From an uncultured Candidatus Saccharibacteria bacterium (GTDB taxonomy: Bacteria; Patescibacteriota; Minisyncoccia; Phycocordibacterales; XYD1-FULL-46-19), in NCBI GenBank assembly GCA_964639285.1, contig CAZXCI010000004.1, positions 5,252 to 69,251 of the forward strand: a DNA stretch of 64,000 nt. The letters are read 5' to 3'. The position numbers and the translations under genes are program-made. The notes under the pieces were generated by a model, which saw only the letters and a list, made by a program, of their open reading frames with translations, was not told the DNA's origin and searched no databases. Of the stretch, positions 26,812-39,439 are shown in pieces (position 1 is the stretch's first letter; the number at the start of each line of letters is the position of its first letter).

Positions 26812-29784
26812 TTGTTGATGATTACTAAAGAGTTCGAACAAGCTTATAAACGCTTAAATAAGGCCCAGAAGGAGGCGGTGGACGCTATTGAGGGGCCTGT
26901 TTTAGTCGCGGCTGGGCCAGGGACGGGCAAAACTCAGATTTTGGCCCTACGAATCGCCAATATTCTATGGAAGACAGATACGAGGCCAGAGAATATTTTG
27001 GCTATTACCTTCACCGAATCGGGGGTGTTGTCGATGAGAAGACGCCTAGCTGAGATTATTGGTACGCCAGCCTACGCGGTCGCTATCAACACCTTCCATG
27101 GATTTTGTAACGATATTATTAAAGATGAGCCAGAGAGCTTTCCCCGTATTATCGGGGCGACGAATATTACTGAAGTTGATCAAATTAGAATTCTTGAAGA
27201 GATACTTTTAGCCGAGAAATTTACCGAACTCACAACTCGCAATGATCCTTTCTATTATTTGCGGGCCATTCTTTCCTCTATCAATGAACTCAAACGTGAA
27301 GGGATAAGTGTTCTGAGGTTCCATGACGAGGTCAAAAAAGGGTTCGAAAATTTTGCTCAAATTTCTGACCTCTATCATGACAAGGGGAGATATGAGGGCC
27401 AGATGAAAACTAAGTATGCTGATGAACAGAAGCGTTTGAAGAAGAATGAAGAGTTGGGGGTTATTTATGAAGCTTATCAAGCTAAGCTACAGGCAGAGAA
27501 GCACTATGATTATTCGGACATGATTAGTGAGGTTGCGACTGTTCTCACTCTTAACAAAGAGCTTCTCCTCAAACTGCAAGAACAATATCAATACCTTCTT
27601 GTTGACGAACATCAAGATACCAACAATGCTCAGAATAAGGTAATTGAATTGTTAGCGAGCTATTTTGATAACCCGAATCTCTTTGTGGTGGGAGATGACA
27701 AGCAGGCTATTTACCGCTTCCAAGGGGCTTCGCTTGAGAATTTTCTCTATTTTCAGGAGAAATATCCCGAGGCCAAACTCATTATTCTTGATGAAAATTA
27801 TCGCTCAAGCCAGGCGATTCTTGACACTGTTCACAGTCTGCTTCCTGGTGATTCGCCTTCGTCGGCTGGTAAGAAATTAAAAGCTAAGAGTGGTCACTCT
27901 AACGAGCCGGTAAAACTTTATGAGTTTAGTCAGAAGGCAGTTGAAGAATATTTCTTAGCTCAAGATATTGCTAATAAAATAAAGGCGGGGATTCCACCTG
28001 AGCAAATCGCTGTTTTTTATCGTGATAATCGCGATGTCTTTGCTATTGCCAAGAGTCTAGAGCAGATTGGTGTGCCGGTGGCAATTGAATCTGAACAGGA
28101 TATTTTGAGTGACGTTGATTTGCGCAAACTTATCACCATCTTTCGGGCCGTAGATAAGGTTGGCGATGAGAAATTATTTGCCGAGACTTTGCATTTAGAC
28201 TTCCTTCGTTTTCCGCCACTTGGGGTCTACAAACTTATTCAAGAAGGGTACAAAAAGAAAATTTCTATTCTAGATTTGGCCCAGGAAAATCCGATTTTTT
28301 CTGGTTGGTTTGCGAAGTATATGTCTCTGGTGCAGATTGCTAAGAACGAGAGCCTGGCGGAGTGTTTCGAGCAGATTGTGCGAGAAAGTGGTTTTCTTAA
28401 TTATCTTTTATCTCGACCGGAGACCGTGGAGAAGATTGAGAAATTGAACGGATTTTTTGCTGAAGCAAAAAGTTTGGTTGAACGTCATAAAGAAGGCAGG
28501 CTGACGGACTTTATCGCGTACCTTGATTTGTTGGTGACGCACAATATTTTATTGAAGAAAGGGCCTGAGACAGTCATTACCAAGAGAGTTCGGCTAATGA
28601 CCGCGCATAAGTCCAAGGGTCTAGAGTTCGACCATGTTTATATTGTCTACGCTCATGATGGTCATTGGGGCAATAAGAAGAAAAGGGAGTTAATTAAATT
28701 GCCCAGACAGCTCTTCTCTCTCGCTAGCGCGAATGGCAACTTCGAAGCCGTGGATAAATCTAATGACGACGAGCGCCGGTTGTTCTACGTAGCTCTTACC
28801 CGGGCCAGGAAGACGGTGACAATTACTTATTCACGCCAAGGTGAGAATAATCGCGAGCTCTTGCCGTCACAGTTTATTGGCGAGCTTAACCAAGCCCTGA
28901 TTGAGAAAATGGATAGTTCAAGTTATGAACAGGCTTTTGCTGATCACCGGGAGTTAGTTTTTGCCCCTCGGGTTTCTCACTCTGTCTCTGTCCAAGACAA
29001 AGAATTTGTTCGCACTCTTTTTCTCGAACGGGGCTTAGCGGTTACGCATCTTAATAATTACCTTAAGTGTCCGTGGAATTATTTTTACACCAACCTTCTT
29101 CGTCTGCCGAAGGCCCAAGAACCGCATTTAATGTATGGGACGGCTATCCATGGAGCGCTCCAAGATTTCTTCAATAAATTTGGAGCTGAGAAAGATCCTG
29201 ATAAAGCTTATCTTTTAGCTAGATTCGAAGATCATCTCAATCGCCAGTCACTTACGGCCCGTGATTATGGTTTGCTTCTCGAAAGAGGGGAGAAGTCTTT
29301 GGGGGGGTATTATGACTTCTGGGAGGGGCAGTGGCGAACGAGGGTTCTAACTGAATTTAATATTTCGGGAGTAGTTCTAACGCCAGAAATTAGATTAACT
29401 GGCAAAATTGATAAATTAGAATTCTTGGGAGACAAAGGGGAGGTGAATGTTGTTGATTACAAAACGGGCAAACCGAAGACTCGGGGTTACGTCGAAGGTT
29501 CGACCAAAAATTCTGAAGGAGACATTAAACGGCAGATTGTTTTCTATAAATTGTTGTTAAATGATAGCAAGTACAAAATGGTGAGTGCTACCGTTGATTT
29601 TGTCGAGCCGGACGAAAAGGAGAAATACAAACAAGAGCACTTCACCGTGATGAAAGAAGAAGAGCAGGAGTTGATTGGTTTGATCAAGAAAGTTTCGGGC
29701 GAGATCTTGAGCCTTGATTTCTGGGATAAAAAATGTGATGACCCCGCTTGTGAGTTTTGTTCTCTTCGCGAAATGATGAATTAA
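26812..29784 (+). CDS. UvrD/PcrA-like ATP-dependent helicase fused to a C-terminal RecB-family (PD-(D/E)xK, Fe-S) nuclease
   Basis: Walker A AGPGTGKT; helicase motifs; C-terminal VVDYKTGKP nuclease motif and CDDPACEFC Cys cluster. Confidence 0.7.
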   Translation: MLMITKEFEQAYKRLNKAQKEAVDAIEGPVLVAAGPGTGKTQILALRIANILWKTDTRPENILAITFTESGVLSMRRRLAEIIGTPAYAVAINTFHGFCNDIIKDEPESFPRIIGATNITEVDQIRILEEILLAEKFTELTTRNDPFYYLRAILSSINELKREGISVLRFHDEVKKGFENFAQISDLYHDKGRYEGQMKTKYADEQKRLKKNEELGVIYEAYQAKLQAEKHYDYSDMISEVATVLTLNKELLLKLQEQYQYLLVDEHQDTNNAQNKVIELLASYFDNPNLFVVGDDKQAIYRFQGASLENFLYFQEKYPEAKLIILDENYRSSQAILDTVHSLLPGDSPSSAGKKLKAKSGHSNEPVKLYEFSQKAVEEYFLAQDIANKIKAGIPPEQIAVFYRDNRDVFAIAKSLEQIGVPVAIESEQDILSDVDLRKLITIFRAVDKVGDEKLFAETLHLDFLRFPPLGVYKLIQEGYKKKISILDLAQENPIFSGWFAKYMSLVQIAKNESLAECFEQIVRESGFLNYLLSRPETVEKIEKLNGFFAEAKSLVERHKEGRLTDFIAYLDLLVTHNILLKKGPETVITKRVRLMTAHKSKGLEFDHVYIVYAHDGHWGNKKKRELIKLPRQLFSLASANGNFEAVDKSNDDERRLFYVALTRARKTVTITYSRQGENNRELLPSQFIGELNQALIEKMDSSSYEQAFADHRELVFAPRVSHSVSVQDKEFVRTLFLERGLAVTHLNNYLKCPWNYFYTNLLRLPKAQEPHLMYGTAIHGALQDFFNKFGAEKDPDKAYLLARFEDHLNRQSLTARDYGLLLERGEKSLGGYYDFWEGQWRTRVLTEFNISGVVLTPEIRLTGKIDKLEFLGDKGEVNVVDYKTGKPKTRGYVEGSTKNSEGDIKRQIVFYKLLLNDSKYKMVSATVDFVEPDEKEKYKQEHFTVMKEEEQELIGLIKKVSGEILSLDFWDKKCDDPACEFCSLREMMN

Positions 29785-29787
29785 GTT

Positions 29788-30912
29788 TTATTTTGTATCT
29801 CGAAGGTTCCAGACAAATTTGAGGCTGACGAGCATGACAAAGCCTAGGAGAAGGAAGATATATTTAAAATCGAGGAAAGAGATAACAATAGAAACAAAGA
29901 TTGGGCCCACTAAGTAAGAAAGGGGGACATTGACGCGAGAGAGGGAAATGATGCCGGTATCAACACCGTCAATTTTTTTGAACAAATAAGTTTCCTTCAT
30001 GATTTCGATAGTTGAAGCGCCGGTGCGAGTTAAGAAAAGAACGATTGCCCACAAGACCCAATTGGGAGAGAGGAGGAAGGATGTTGCTATTGTCGAGAGG
30101 GTGATGATAATTATCCCACCAATCATGATTTCTTTCTCACCTAGCCACTTATCGGCAATTTTGCCGAGGGGTAATTCGAAAAAGACAAAGGGTAAAAGCA
30201 TGATGCTAAAGACCAAGCCAATTGAAGCCCAAGAGAGGCCAATATGGTCGTGAAGATAGAGGGGCATATAGACGACCATGACAGCGTAGAAAAAATTGAG
30301 TAAAAAATCTATAGCTAATATATCCTTGATATTGCGAGCGGTCTGGGATTTGTTTTTCCAAAGATATCTTAATTCTTGTTCGACAGTTGAACTTTCGGAT
30401 TTAATATCAGGAATTTCTTTTAGTTCGAAAACGGCAAGGATTAAGAGAGGAATAAGGACAACCCCGGCGATACCATAAACCAAGCTATAACCCCCCTCGC
30501 TAATAAGATAGGCCGCCAGAAGGGGGGAGACAAGCCAGGCAAAATTATAAAAGGTTAAATATACACCACGGATGAAGCCTGTGCCCTTATCTTCGGAAAC
30601 GTTCTCGAGGTAGACGTCAAGGGTGTATCTTGTGAGATACCCCAATACAAGATAGATACCAAAAGCTGTCAAGCTGTGGATAACTTTGAGAGTAGGGAAG
30701 GCGAGGGGAATAACAGCCAGGAAACTTAAACAGACGAGGCTGATTAGAATATTTTTGTTTCCAAAACGTTTGATAAGTCTTGGCGCCGCCAGCATCAAAG
30801 AGATAGTAATAAGTGAGGTCATGGCATAGAAGGCCCCAATCCCCTCCTCGCCTAAGAAACCTTTTAAGAAAGAAGAGTTGATGTAGGCTGGGATAGAAGA
30901 ATTCGCCGCCAT
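29788..30912 (-). CDS. MFS-type transporter
   Basis: ~12 hydrophobic helices; 374 aa. Confidence 0.55.
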   Translation of the reverse strand: MAANSSIPAYINSSFLKGFLGEEGIGAFYAMTSLITISLMLAAPRLIKRFGNKNILISLVCLSFLAVIPLAFPTLKVIHSLTAFGIYLVLGYLTRYTLDVYLENVSEDKGTGFIRGVYLTFYNFAWLVSPLLAAYLISEGGYSLVYGIAGVVLIPLLILAVFELKEIPDIKSESSTVEQELRYLWKNKSQTARNIKDILAIDFLLNFFYAVMVVYMPLYLHDHIGLSWASIGLVFSIMLLPFVFFELPLGKIADKWLGEKEIMIGGIIIITLSTIATSFLLSPNWVLWAIVLFLTRTGASTIEIMKETYLFKKIDGVDTGIISLSRVNVPLSYLVGPIFVSIVISFLDFKYIFLLLGFVMLVSLKFVWNLRDTK

Positions 30913-30969
30913 AAAAATAGCCCCGGCATATGTGTAGATGCGTAATTTTTTTTGTTCATGACTTCCCTA

Positions 30970-32877
30970 TTATACCTCAATTAGAACCGGCAAGATAATT
31001 GGGCGTTTGTGAGTTTTTTGGAATAAATGTTTTCCTAGTTCTTCGCGGACATTATTTTTCACATAATCCATGTTGATGGGGTGCATTTTCGCTGTCGAGT
31101 CTTCAATCGTTTTCTTAACTAAGATCCGGACATAACGGAGTAAGTCTTGAGACTCTTTGAGATAGACAAAACCACGAGAAATAATATCTGGTGACTTGCG
31201 AACTTTACCTGTACCCATGTCGATAATGGCGATGACGACAAACATTCCATCTTGAGCGAGCAATTGTCGGTCGCGGATCACTAATTCTTGGACGTTACCA
31301 GTACCAAGGCCGTCAACCATGACAAGACGAGAAGAGGCCTTGGCCTTAAGCATCGTAATTTTTTGACCCTGGTCTTGGACCTCGATGATAGAACCGTTGT
31401 CGGGGACAACAATATTTCTCTCTGGTATTCCCATTCTCTCGGCTAGGTCAGAGTGGACTCTCAGCATGTAATGGTTCCCGTGGACAGGGATGAAGAACTT
31501 AGGTTTGATCATTTTTTGAATCCATTCTAATTCGCCTTGATAGGCGTGACCAGACGAGTGAACGTCAGCGATGCCATAGTGAATGATTTTTGCTCCTTGG
31601 CGCGTCAAGTTATCTTTTAGTTTTTGGACAGCCTTCTCGTTACCGGGGATGACAGAGGATGAGAGCAAAATGGTATCCCCCTTTTTTAGCTTGACGGTAC
31701 GGTGTTCTCTCTGAGAGATCCGCATTAGAGCGGCGTATTCGTCACCTTGGGCTCCGGTAGCAAGGATGACGATTTTGTTGTCAGGATGACTATCGATTTC
31801 TTCGGAACTGATAAAGGTTGATTTCCCGACCTTGAGGTAGCCGAGTTCTTTAGCAATCTCAATATTGGTCTTCATCGCTCGCCCCTCGATGGCCACTTTT
31901 TTGCCAAGAGCTTCGCAGGCTTCGATTATAGATATGACTCGCTCAAAGAGAGAGGCAAATGTCCCGACAATGATTCGGCCTTGAACTTTCTCGATGATAT
32001 CTTTAAGGTTTTTCTGCACTTCTTCTTCAGGAAAAGAGAAGCCAGGTTTCTCAACATTTGTTGATTCGGCGATCAAAAGTAAATTTTTCTCTTCGCCAAT
32101 TTTTTTGTAGACAGCGTTTTCTGTTTCTTTGATTTTGCCATTATCATGTTCAAGTTTTATGTCCCCCGTTACGATGACGTTGCCATAAGGGGTCTCGACG
32201 ATGATGCCAATTGAGTCTGGGATAGTATGATTGGTGGCAAAGAAGCGTATTGTCAGGTTTCCCAATTTTAATTTATCCTTGGCTTCAATAACTTGAATAT
32301 TTAACTTAGGAACATGGGGAAATTCCTCTTGGCGCTTTTTGATCATTACCGCCGTAAGGAGTGAGGTATAGATAGGTGGGTTGCCGATTTTCTCCATTAA
32401 ATAAGGAATGCCACCGATGTGGTCTAGGTGTCCGTGAGTGACGAGGAGTCCTCGAATTTTACTCTTTCTTTCTTCTAGATAAGTTGTATCGGCAATGACG
32501 TAATCGACGCCCGGGACTTCTTCGCCGGGAAGGAGAAAACCGGCATCGATCACGAGAATATCATTACCATATTCGACAACTGTCATATTCTTGCCAACTT
32601 CTTCAACTCCACCAAGGGGAATAATCCTAAGGTTGCCTTGAGCAAGCTCGGGAATTTTCTCTCTCGGCTTTGCCTCATCATTTTCGTTGGTTCCGTTTCT
32701 GTCTAGGGAAGGGAAACGTCGATGCTTGGGTCGTGGTCCTCGAGAAGGGCTACTTTTTGTCTGGCGAGGGGGAGTTGTCTTACGAGAGCTCGATTGGGCA
32801 ATGGGCTCTTTTTGTTGGTGTCCGATAAAGGTCTGAACGTGGCCGTTCTCGTCAACCCGGATGCGTCTAATAGCCAT
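30970..32877 (-). CDS. rnj: ribonuclease J (metallo-beta-lactamase/beta-CASP)
   Basis: LLVTHGHLDHIGGIPYL motif; beta-CASP region; N-terminal basic low-complexity extension. Confidence 0.8.
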   Translation of the reverse strand: MAIRRIRVDENGHVQTFIGHQQKEPIAQSSSRKTTPPRQTKSSPSRGPRPKHRRFPSLDRNGTNENDEAKPREKIPELAQGNLRIIPLGGVEEVGKNMTVVEYGNDILVIDAGFLLPGEEVPGVDYVIADTTYLEERKSKIRGLLVTHGHLDHIGGIPYLMEKIGNPPIYTSLLTAVMIKKRQEEFPHVPKLNIQVIEAKDKLKLGNLTIRFFATNHTIPDSIGIIVETPYGNVIVTGDIKLEHDNGKIKETENAVYKKIGEEKNLLLIAESTNVEKPGFSFPEEEVQKNLKDIIEKVQGRIIVGTFASLFERVISIIEACEALGKKVAIEGRAMKTNIEIAKELGYLKVGKSTFISSEEIDSHPDNKIVILATGAQGDEYAALMRISQREHRTVKLKKGDTILLSSSVIPGNEKAVQKLKDNLTRQGAKIIHYGIADVHSSGHAYQGELEWIQKMIKPKFFIPVHGNHYMLRVHSDLAERMGIPERNIVVPDNGSIIEVQDQGQKITMLKAKASSRLVMVDGLGTGNVQELVIRDRQLLAQDGMFVVIAIIDMGTGKVRKSPDIISRGFVYLKESQDLLRYVRILVKKTIEDSTAKMHPINMDYVKNNVREELGKHLFQKTHKRPIILPVLIEV

Positions 32878-32886
32878 GGTTAGTTT

Positions 32887-34620
32887 TTATAAGTAAGTGA
32901 ATATTTTCCAAACCCGATCAGTTTTGAAGTACCACTTGTGGATACGAGCAAAGCGATCGGCGGGGCTAGTAATAGTTGGGATTTTTATTCCCTTTAGATC
33001 ATTGGGTACTGCGTAGAGGAAATAAGGAGAGTAAAGGAAGATCGCAGGATGGTCATTGTTTATTTCTTTAGCGATATCGCGATATTTTTCGGCTAATTGT
33101 GGGGAATTAAGATTCCCTCCGTCAGCTGTTGCACGAATTTCTTCAAGTAATTTATCGACTGTCGAGTTGGTATACATTGAGATATTGAGCCCTGGGTCAA
33201 GTCTCTGAGAAGAATGCCAGAAGGGGTAGAGATCAGAACCTCGGCCGATTACTTCGCCAAAGAGGAGGGCCTCAAATTTACGCGGACGAATGAGGTCCTG
33301 ATTGAGGTTGCTCGGCTCGAAGAACTCAAGATTGACCTGAGCCCCTAATTTTGTCCAATTGCTAGCGACCATTGTGGCGACAGCCTTGAGTTCCGGGATA
33401 TTGGCGGTAGCCAGAGAAAAACTCAGAGTTTGGACGGAGCTAGCCTTAGTCCCTTTCTTAACTGAGGGTTTTTTCTCTAAGATACTACTTGACCCAGTTG
33501 TCCAGCCAGCTTTGCTAAGTATCCCTTTAGCTTTGTCTAGATCATAACTAAGGTTTGCCCCGCTATTAAGATTTTCAGGCAAGACGCCATTAAGTGGTTG
33601 GCCGTAGCCACCCAGGAGATTATTTACAATTGTTTGGCGATCAACAGCTTCGTCCAAGGCTTCGCGAACCTCCTTATTTAGAAGAACGGGAGATCTGTTT
33701 TGATTTAAGAAAATGGCAAAGGTCCTTGGAAGGTTTGATTTTATGATTCTTCTTCCTTCTTTCTCTAATTTTTGAGCAGAGCTTGGGCTGATTGAGCTGG
33801 CGCTTGTAATTTCTCCTTGGTTGTAAGCATCAATGAGAGCCTTTTCGTCGCCATAGAAACGGATGGTGAGACTGCTAATTTTAGCCTCGCCCAGAGCAAA
33901 TTTCTTAAAGGGGATGAGCTTGTAGCTTATTGGTATTCCTGAGGAATCTTTGTTGATATTTTTTATAACATAAGGACCAGAACCGATAGGGTCAACGTTG
34001 AGGCTAGAGAGGGCGAATTTTTCTGCTTTGATTTTACCCCAAAGATGTTTGGGCATAATACCAAGGGTGGCATTGTCAAGAAAAGAGAAAAAAGGTTTTT
34101 TAAGGATAAATTGAACAGTTTTTTCGTCTATTTTTTTAACAAGGACCCCGTTCCAACTGGCTCGACGAAAACTCTTTATCGATGGGTCTTGAGTGCTATT
34201 TATAGTGAAGACGATATCATCGGCGGTCAAAGCTTCACCATCAGACCAATGAAGATTAGGTTTTAGTTTAAAGGTATAAACAAGCCCGTCGGATGAAATC
34301 TCGTAACTTTCGGCCAGGTCTGGTTCTAATCCCCCATCAGCTTTTAAGCGCAGGAGTCCTGAGTAAACGAGAGAGACCAGGTCTCTATCCGCATCGGAGA
34401 CGGCGAGAAGGGGGTTGATAAAACGGGGTGACCCGAGAACCCCTTCCGTCAATTGTCCCCCAGATATGGGTTTGTCGACCATGAGCTTGCGGTTGAGGTG
34501 TTCGATAGTGATGAGACTACTAAGGGCAAAGATAATTACTAGAACAACGACAGCAACCTTTGTTCGGCGACCAAAAGTTTCGAAACTAAAAGCGAGCTCG
34601 GTTAAGAATTTGTTTTTCAC
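32887..34620 (-). CDS. ABC transporter substrate-binding protein (family 5, peptide/nickel type)
   Basis: N-terminal TM anchor; size and pattern fit SBP_bac_5. Confidence 0.55.
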   Translation of the reverse strand: MKNKFLTELAFSFETFGRRTKVAVVVLVIIFALSSLITIEHLNRKLMVDKPISGGQLTEGVLGSPRFINPLLAVSDADRDLVSLVYSGLLRLKADGGLEPDLAESYEISSDGLVYTFKLKPNLHWSDGEALTADDIVFTINSTQDPSIKSFRRASWNGVLVKKIDEKTVQFILKKPFFSFLDNATLGIMPKHLWGKIKAEKFALSSLNVDPIGSGPYVIKNINKDSSGIPISYKLIPFKKFALGEAKISSLTIRFYGDEKALIDAYNQGEITSASSISPSSAQKLEKEGRRIIKSNLPRTFAIFLNQNRSPVLLNKEVREALDEAVDRQTIVNNLLGGYGQPLNGVLPENLNSGANLSYDLDKAKGILSKAGWTTGSSSILEKKPSVKKGTKASSVQTLSFSLATANIPELKAVATMVASNWTKLGAQVNLEFFEPSNLNQDLIRPRKFEALLFGEVIGRGSDLYPFWHSSQRLDPGLNISMYTNSTVDKLLEEIRATADGGNLNSPQLAEKYRDIAKEINNDHPAIFLYSPYFLYAVPNDLKGIKIPTITSPADRFARIHKWYFKTDRVWKIFTYL

Positions 34621-34658
34621 GGTAATTTAAAATGGAGAGAGTTGTAAAAATTTAAAAT

Positions 34659-34904
34659 TTAGAGAAGAAAAAGGGCGGCCAGTGCCGAGAGGGCAAAAAG
34701 GAGAGCGAGGATTATGGTTGCTATAAAAAGTTGTTTCTCAAGACCTCGTTTGGTGTGCCAAGTTGAGGCGCCACTTTGTCCTCCGCCGAAAGCCGAACCA
34801 AGGCTTCCCTCACTTTGTTGCAACAAAATAGCTCCGACCAAAAGGGCGGATAAAATAATCTGGATGTACGGCAAAACAGTACCAAGGGCTAACATTAAAT
34901 ACAT
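34659..34904 (-). CDS. secG: preprotein translocase subunit SecG
   Basis: ILSALLVGAILLQQSEGSLGSAFGGG is a SecG signature. Confidence 0.7.
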   Translation of the reverse strand: MYLMLALGTVLPYIQIILSALLVGAILLQQSEGSLGSAFGGGQSGASTWHTKRGLEKQLFIATIILALLFALSALAALFLL

Positions 34905-35002
34905 TATAGCAAATCCTCAAAAAAAGGCAAACCCCCTTGCTTTAATTTGTGAAGTGACACTATAATAAGATATTAATAGACCATTTAATTTTTTTAGGTT
35001 TT

Positions 35003-35314
35003 ATGCCAAACAAAAAAGACAAAATTAGACCACTTGGTGACAAGATTCTGGTTAGAACCGAAAAAGAGTCCAACGAGAAAAAAACCAAAAGCGGGATTAT
35101 TATTCCCGAGACAATTAATAAAGAGCGTCCAGAGACAGGGGTGGTTGTTGCTGTTGGTCCCGGTCGAAGATCAGACGACGGCAAACTTGTTCCTCTTCAG
35201 GTGAGAAAAGGGGATCATGTTATTTTTTCTAAATATGGCCCAGATGAAGTTAAAATTGATGGGGAAGAATATCTTATTGTCAGCGAGTCGAATATTCTAG
35301 CAATAATTGATTAA
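35003..35314 (+). CDS. groES: co-chaperonin GroES
   Basis: IRPLGDKILVR...GIIIPE...GEEYLIV; TTGCTT-N18-TATAAT promoter upstream. Confidence 0.9.
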   Translation: MPNKKDKIRPLGDKILVRTEKESNEKKTKSGIIIPETINKERPETGVVVAVGPGRRSDDGKLVPLQVRKGDHVIFSKYGPDEVKIDGEEYLIVSESNILAIID

Positions 35315-37191
<1,877 letters not shown>

Positions 37192-37264
37192 TTCCCTATT
37201 CTAGTATGTTTGACTATTTTGTGCTATATTATAGACAGTAATTAACAATTTAATTTTTATTATT

Positions 37265-37828
37265 ATGATGATGTGGATTCTATTAATTATTGTTGCTATC
37301 GTCGTCTTGGCTCTAGCTTGGATTGCTCTTAGCTACAACGGTTTCGTTCGCCTTATTAATCAAACCAAGGAAGCTTGGGCCGATATCGATGTCCAGCTTA
37401 AGCGACGCTATGATCTTATCCCCAATCTTATCGAGACGGTGAAGGGTTATGCTGCTCATGAAGAGTCTGTTTTTGCCAAGGTTACCGAGGCGCGAGCCCA
37501 AGCTCTCTCGGCTCAAGGCCCGGCGGAGAAGGGCAAGGCCGAGAATATGTTAACCGAGAGTTTGAAGAGCGTTTTTGCTGTCGCTGAGGCTTATCCGCAA
37601 CTTCGAGCAGTAGAGAGTTTTACCAGTTTGCAAACGGAGCTTGCTGATACAGAGAATAAGATTCAGGCTGCTCGTCGTTTCTACAACGGTAATGTTCGGG
37701 ATTTAAACATTCGGGTTGAAACTTTCCCTTCTAATATCATTGCTGGCATTTTTCATTTTGCCAAGCAAGAATTCTTTCAGCTTGAGGAAGGGAGCGCCGC
37801 CAAAGAGCCAGTAGCCGTTAAGTTTTAG
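37265..37828 (+). CDS. LemA family membrane protein
   Basis: N-terminal TM; LKRRYDLIPNLIETVKGYAAHE is LemA-like. Confidence 0.7.
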   Translation: MMMWILLIIVAIVVLALAWIALSYNGFVRLINQTKEAWADIDVQLKRRYDLIPNLIETVKGYAAHEESVFAKVTEARAQALSAQGPAEKGKAENMLTESLKSVFAVAEAYPQLRAVESFTSLQTELADTENKIQAARRFYNGNVRDLNIRVETFPSNIIAGIFHFAKQEFFQLEEGSAAKEPVAVKF

Positions 37829-37915
37829 CCCCCACTAAAATTTATAGAAATTAAAGATCGCGAATTACATCGGATTGCGATTACTGCTATTATCTATAAT
37901 GATAAAGGGGAATAT

Positions 37916-38329
37916 TTGGTGACCAAGCGTAGTCCGACCAAAAAAGCTTTTCCCAATAAATGGACGGTCCCTGGTGGTGGTCTAGAAGTCGACGATTATA
38001 TTAATGATACTCCGAGCACTCTGGCTGGGCAATGGTATGGGGCCCTTGAGAAAACTTTGCGCCGTGAAGTTAAAGAAGAAGTTAGTGTTGAAATTGGTAA
38101 ACCGAAGTATCTGCTAGACTTAACCTTCATTACGCCACAAGGAATTCCGTCTGTTGTTCTTAGTTATTATGCCCCTTATGAATCTGGTGAAGTAGAATTA
38201 GACGAAGACGCGACTGAATACAAGTGGGTGACGCTGGCCGAGGCCAAAGATTTAGACATGATTGATGGCATTTGGGAGGAGATAGAATTAGTGGAGAAAA
38301 TTTTAAATCAGCAGGGGACAATTAAATAA
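37916..38329 (+). CDS. NUDIX hydrolase (N-terminus apparently lacks a canonical start)
   Basis: Nudix box GGGLE...REVKEEVSVEIG. The conserved strand RIAITAIIYNDKGEYL is encoded in-frame upstream (37862-37912) with no ATG/GTG/TTG. Confidence 0.6.
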   Translation: MVTKRSPTKKAFPNKWTVPGGGLEVDDYINDTPSTLAGQWYGALEKTLRREVKEEVSVEIGKPKYLLDLTFITPQGIPSVVLSYYAPYESGEVELDEDATEYKWVTLAEAKDLDMIDGIWEEIELVEKILNQQGTIK

Positions 38330-38432
38330 AAACTCCCTTATTTAACAACACCAATGGAGGTCTCGCCTCCATAATGTTTCTGTAAGATTAGAATTTTAGA
38401 AATATTATGTTAAAATTAAACGGCTCTCCCTT

Positions 38433-39323
38433 ATGGCGACTCTATATACTCAACGACGATCTAATACGCAGAAGACCTGGCTCTTGATGGCTGTGTTTTT
38501 GACGATCGTAGTGGCTCTTGGGTACTTGATTAGTTTTTATTATAACAATCAAGCTATTCTCTATGTAGCGATCATCTTCAGTCTGATCATGAATTTTGCG
38601 AGTTTCTGGTGGAGTGACAAAATTGTTCTCTCGCTTGCTGGGGCCAAACCGGCCAGCCATGACGAGAATATGGAGTTGTATCATCTGGTAGAAAATCTTT
38701 CTATTGCGGCTGGTCTGCCCATGCCCAAGATTTATATCATAGAAGATCAGGCTCCTAACGCCTTCGCGACTGGTCGTGATAAGAAACATGCTGTTGTCGC
38801 GGTGACGACGGGTTTGCTCGGGATACTAAATAAAAATGAATTAGAAGGGGTTATTGCTCACGAGCTCTCGCATATTGGTAATCGAGATATTCTTCTTCAA
38901 TCGGTCGTTGTCGTTTTGGTCGGCTTAATTGCTATTTTATCTGACATGTTTATTCGCTCCCGTTTCATTTTTGGCAGTAGAGATAACAATAAAGCGGGGG
39001 GAATTATGGCGGTTGTGGGGGTTGTCTTTATCATTATTTCTCCTATTATTGCCACGATTATTCAATTGGCCATTTCTCGTCAGCGGGAGTACCTAGCCGA
39101 TTCTTCTGGTGCTCTCCTTACTCGTTATCCTGAAGGTCTGGCTGGGGCTCTAGAAAAAATTGGTTCTTATGACCAACCGTTGAAAAGGGCAAGCAATGCC
39201 ATGGCTCACCTCTACATCTCTAACCCCTTTGGTCCCAAGAGAACAAAAGGGTTGGCTAAATTATTCATGACTCATCCTCCCATCGAAGAACGGGTGGCCA
39301 AATTGCGCGGATTGAGAATCTAG
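38433..39323 (+). CDS. htpX: zinc metalloprotease HtpX (M48)
   Basis: HELSHIGNRD HExxH motif; 4 TM segments. Confidence 0.8.
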   Translation: MATLYTQRRSNTQKTWLLMAVFLTIVVALGYLISFYYNNQAILYVAIIFSLIMNFASFWWSDKIVLSLAGAKPASHDENMELYHLVENLSIAAGLPMPKIYIIEDQAPNAFATGRDKKHAVVAVTTGLLGILNKNELEGVIAHELSHIGNRDILLQSVVVVLVGLIAILSDMFIRSRFIFGSRDNNKAGGIMAVVGVVFIIISPIIATIIQLAISRQREYLADSSGALLTRYPEGLAGALEKIGSYDQPLKRASNAMAHLYISNPFGPKRTKGLAKLFMTHPPIEERVAKLRGLRI

Positions 39324-39352
39324 GGTAATCTTGGTTAGATTAGAGAAATTAA

Positions 39353-39439
39353 GGAGGGTTCGCATAGTGGTCTAGTGCGCTCGCTTGGAAAGCGGGTAAG
39401 GCTTAACGGCCTTCAAGGGTTCAAATCCCTTACCCTCCG
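39353..39439 (+). tRNA. tRNA-Ser (GGA), type II long variable arm
   Basis: GGAGGGT acceptor stem pairs with ACCCTCC; anticodon loop tTGGAAa; T-loop GGTTCAAATCC; no encoded CCA. Confidence 0.75.

Noticed and set aside
34921-35002. CIRCE (HrcA operator) upstream of groES
   Set aside because: No TTAGCACTC-N9-GAGTGCTAA inverted repeat; only a sigma-70-like promoter.
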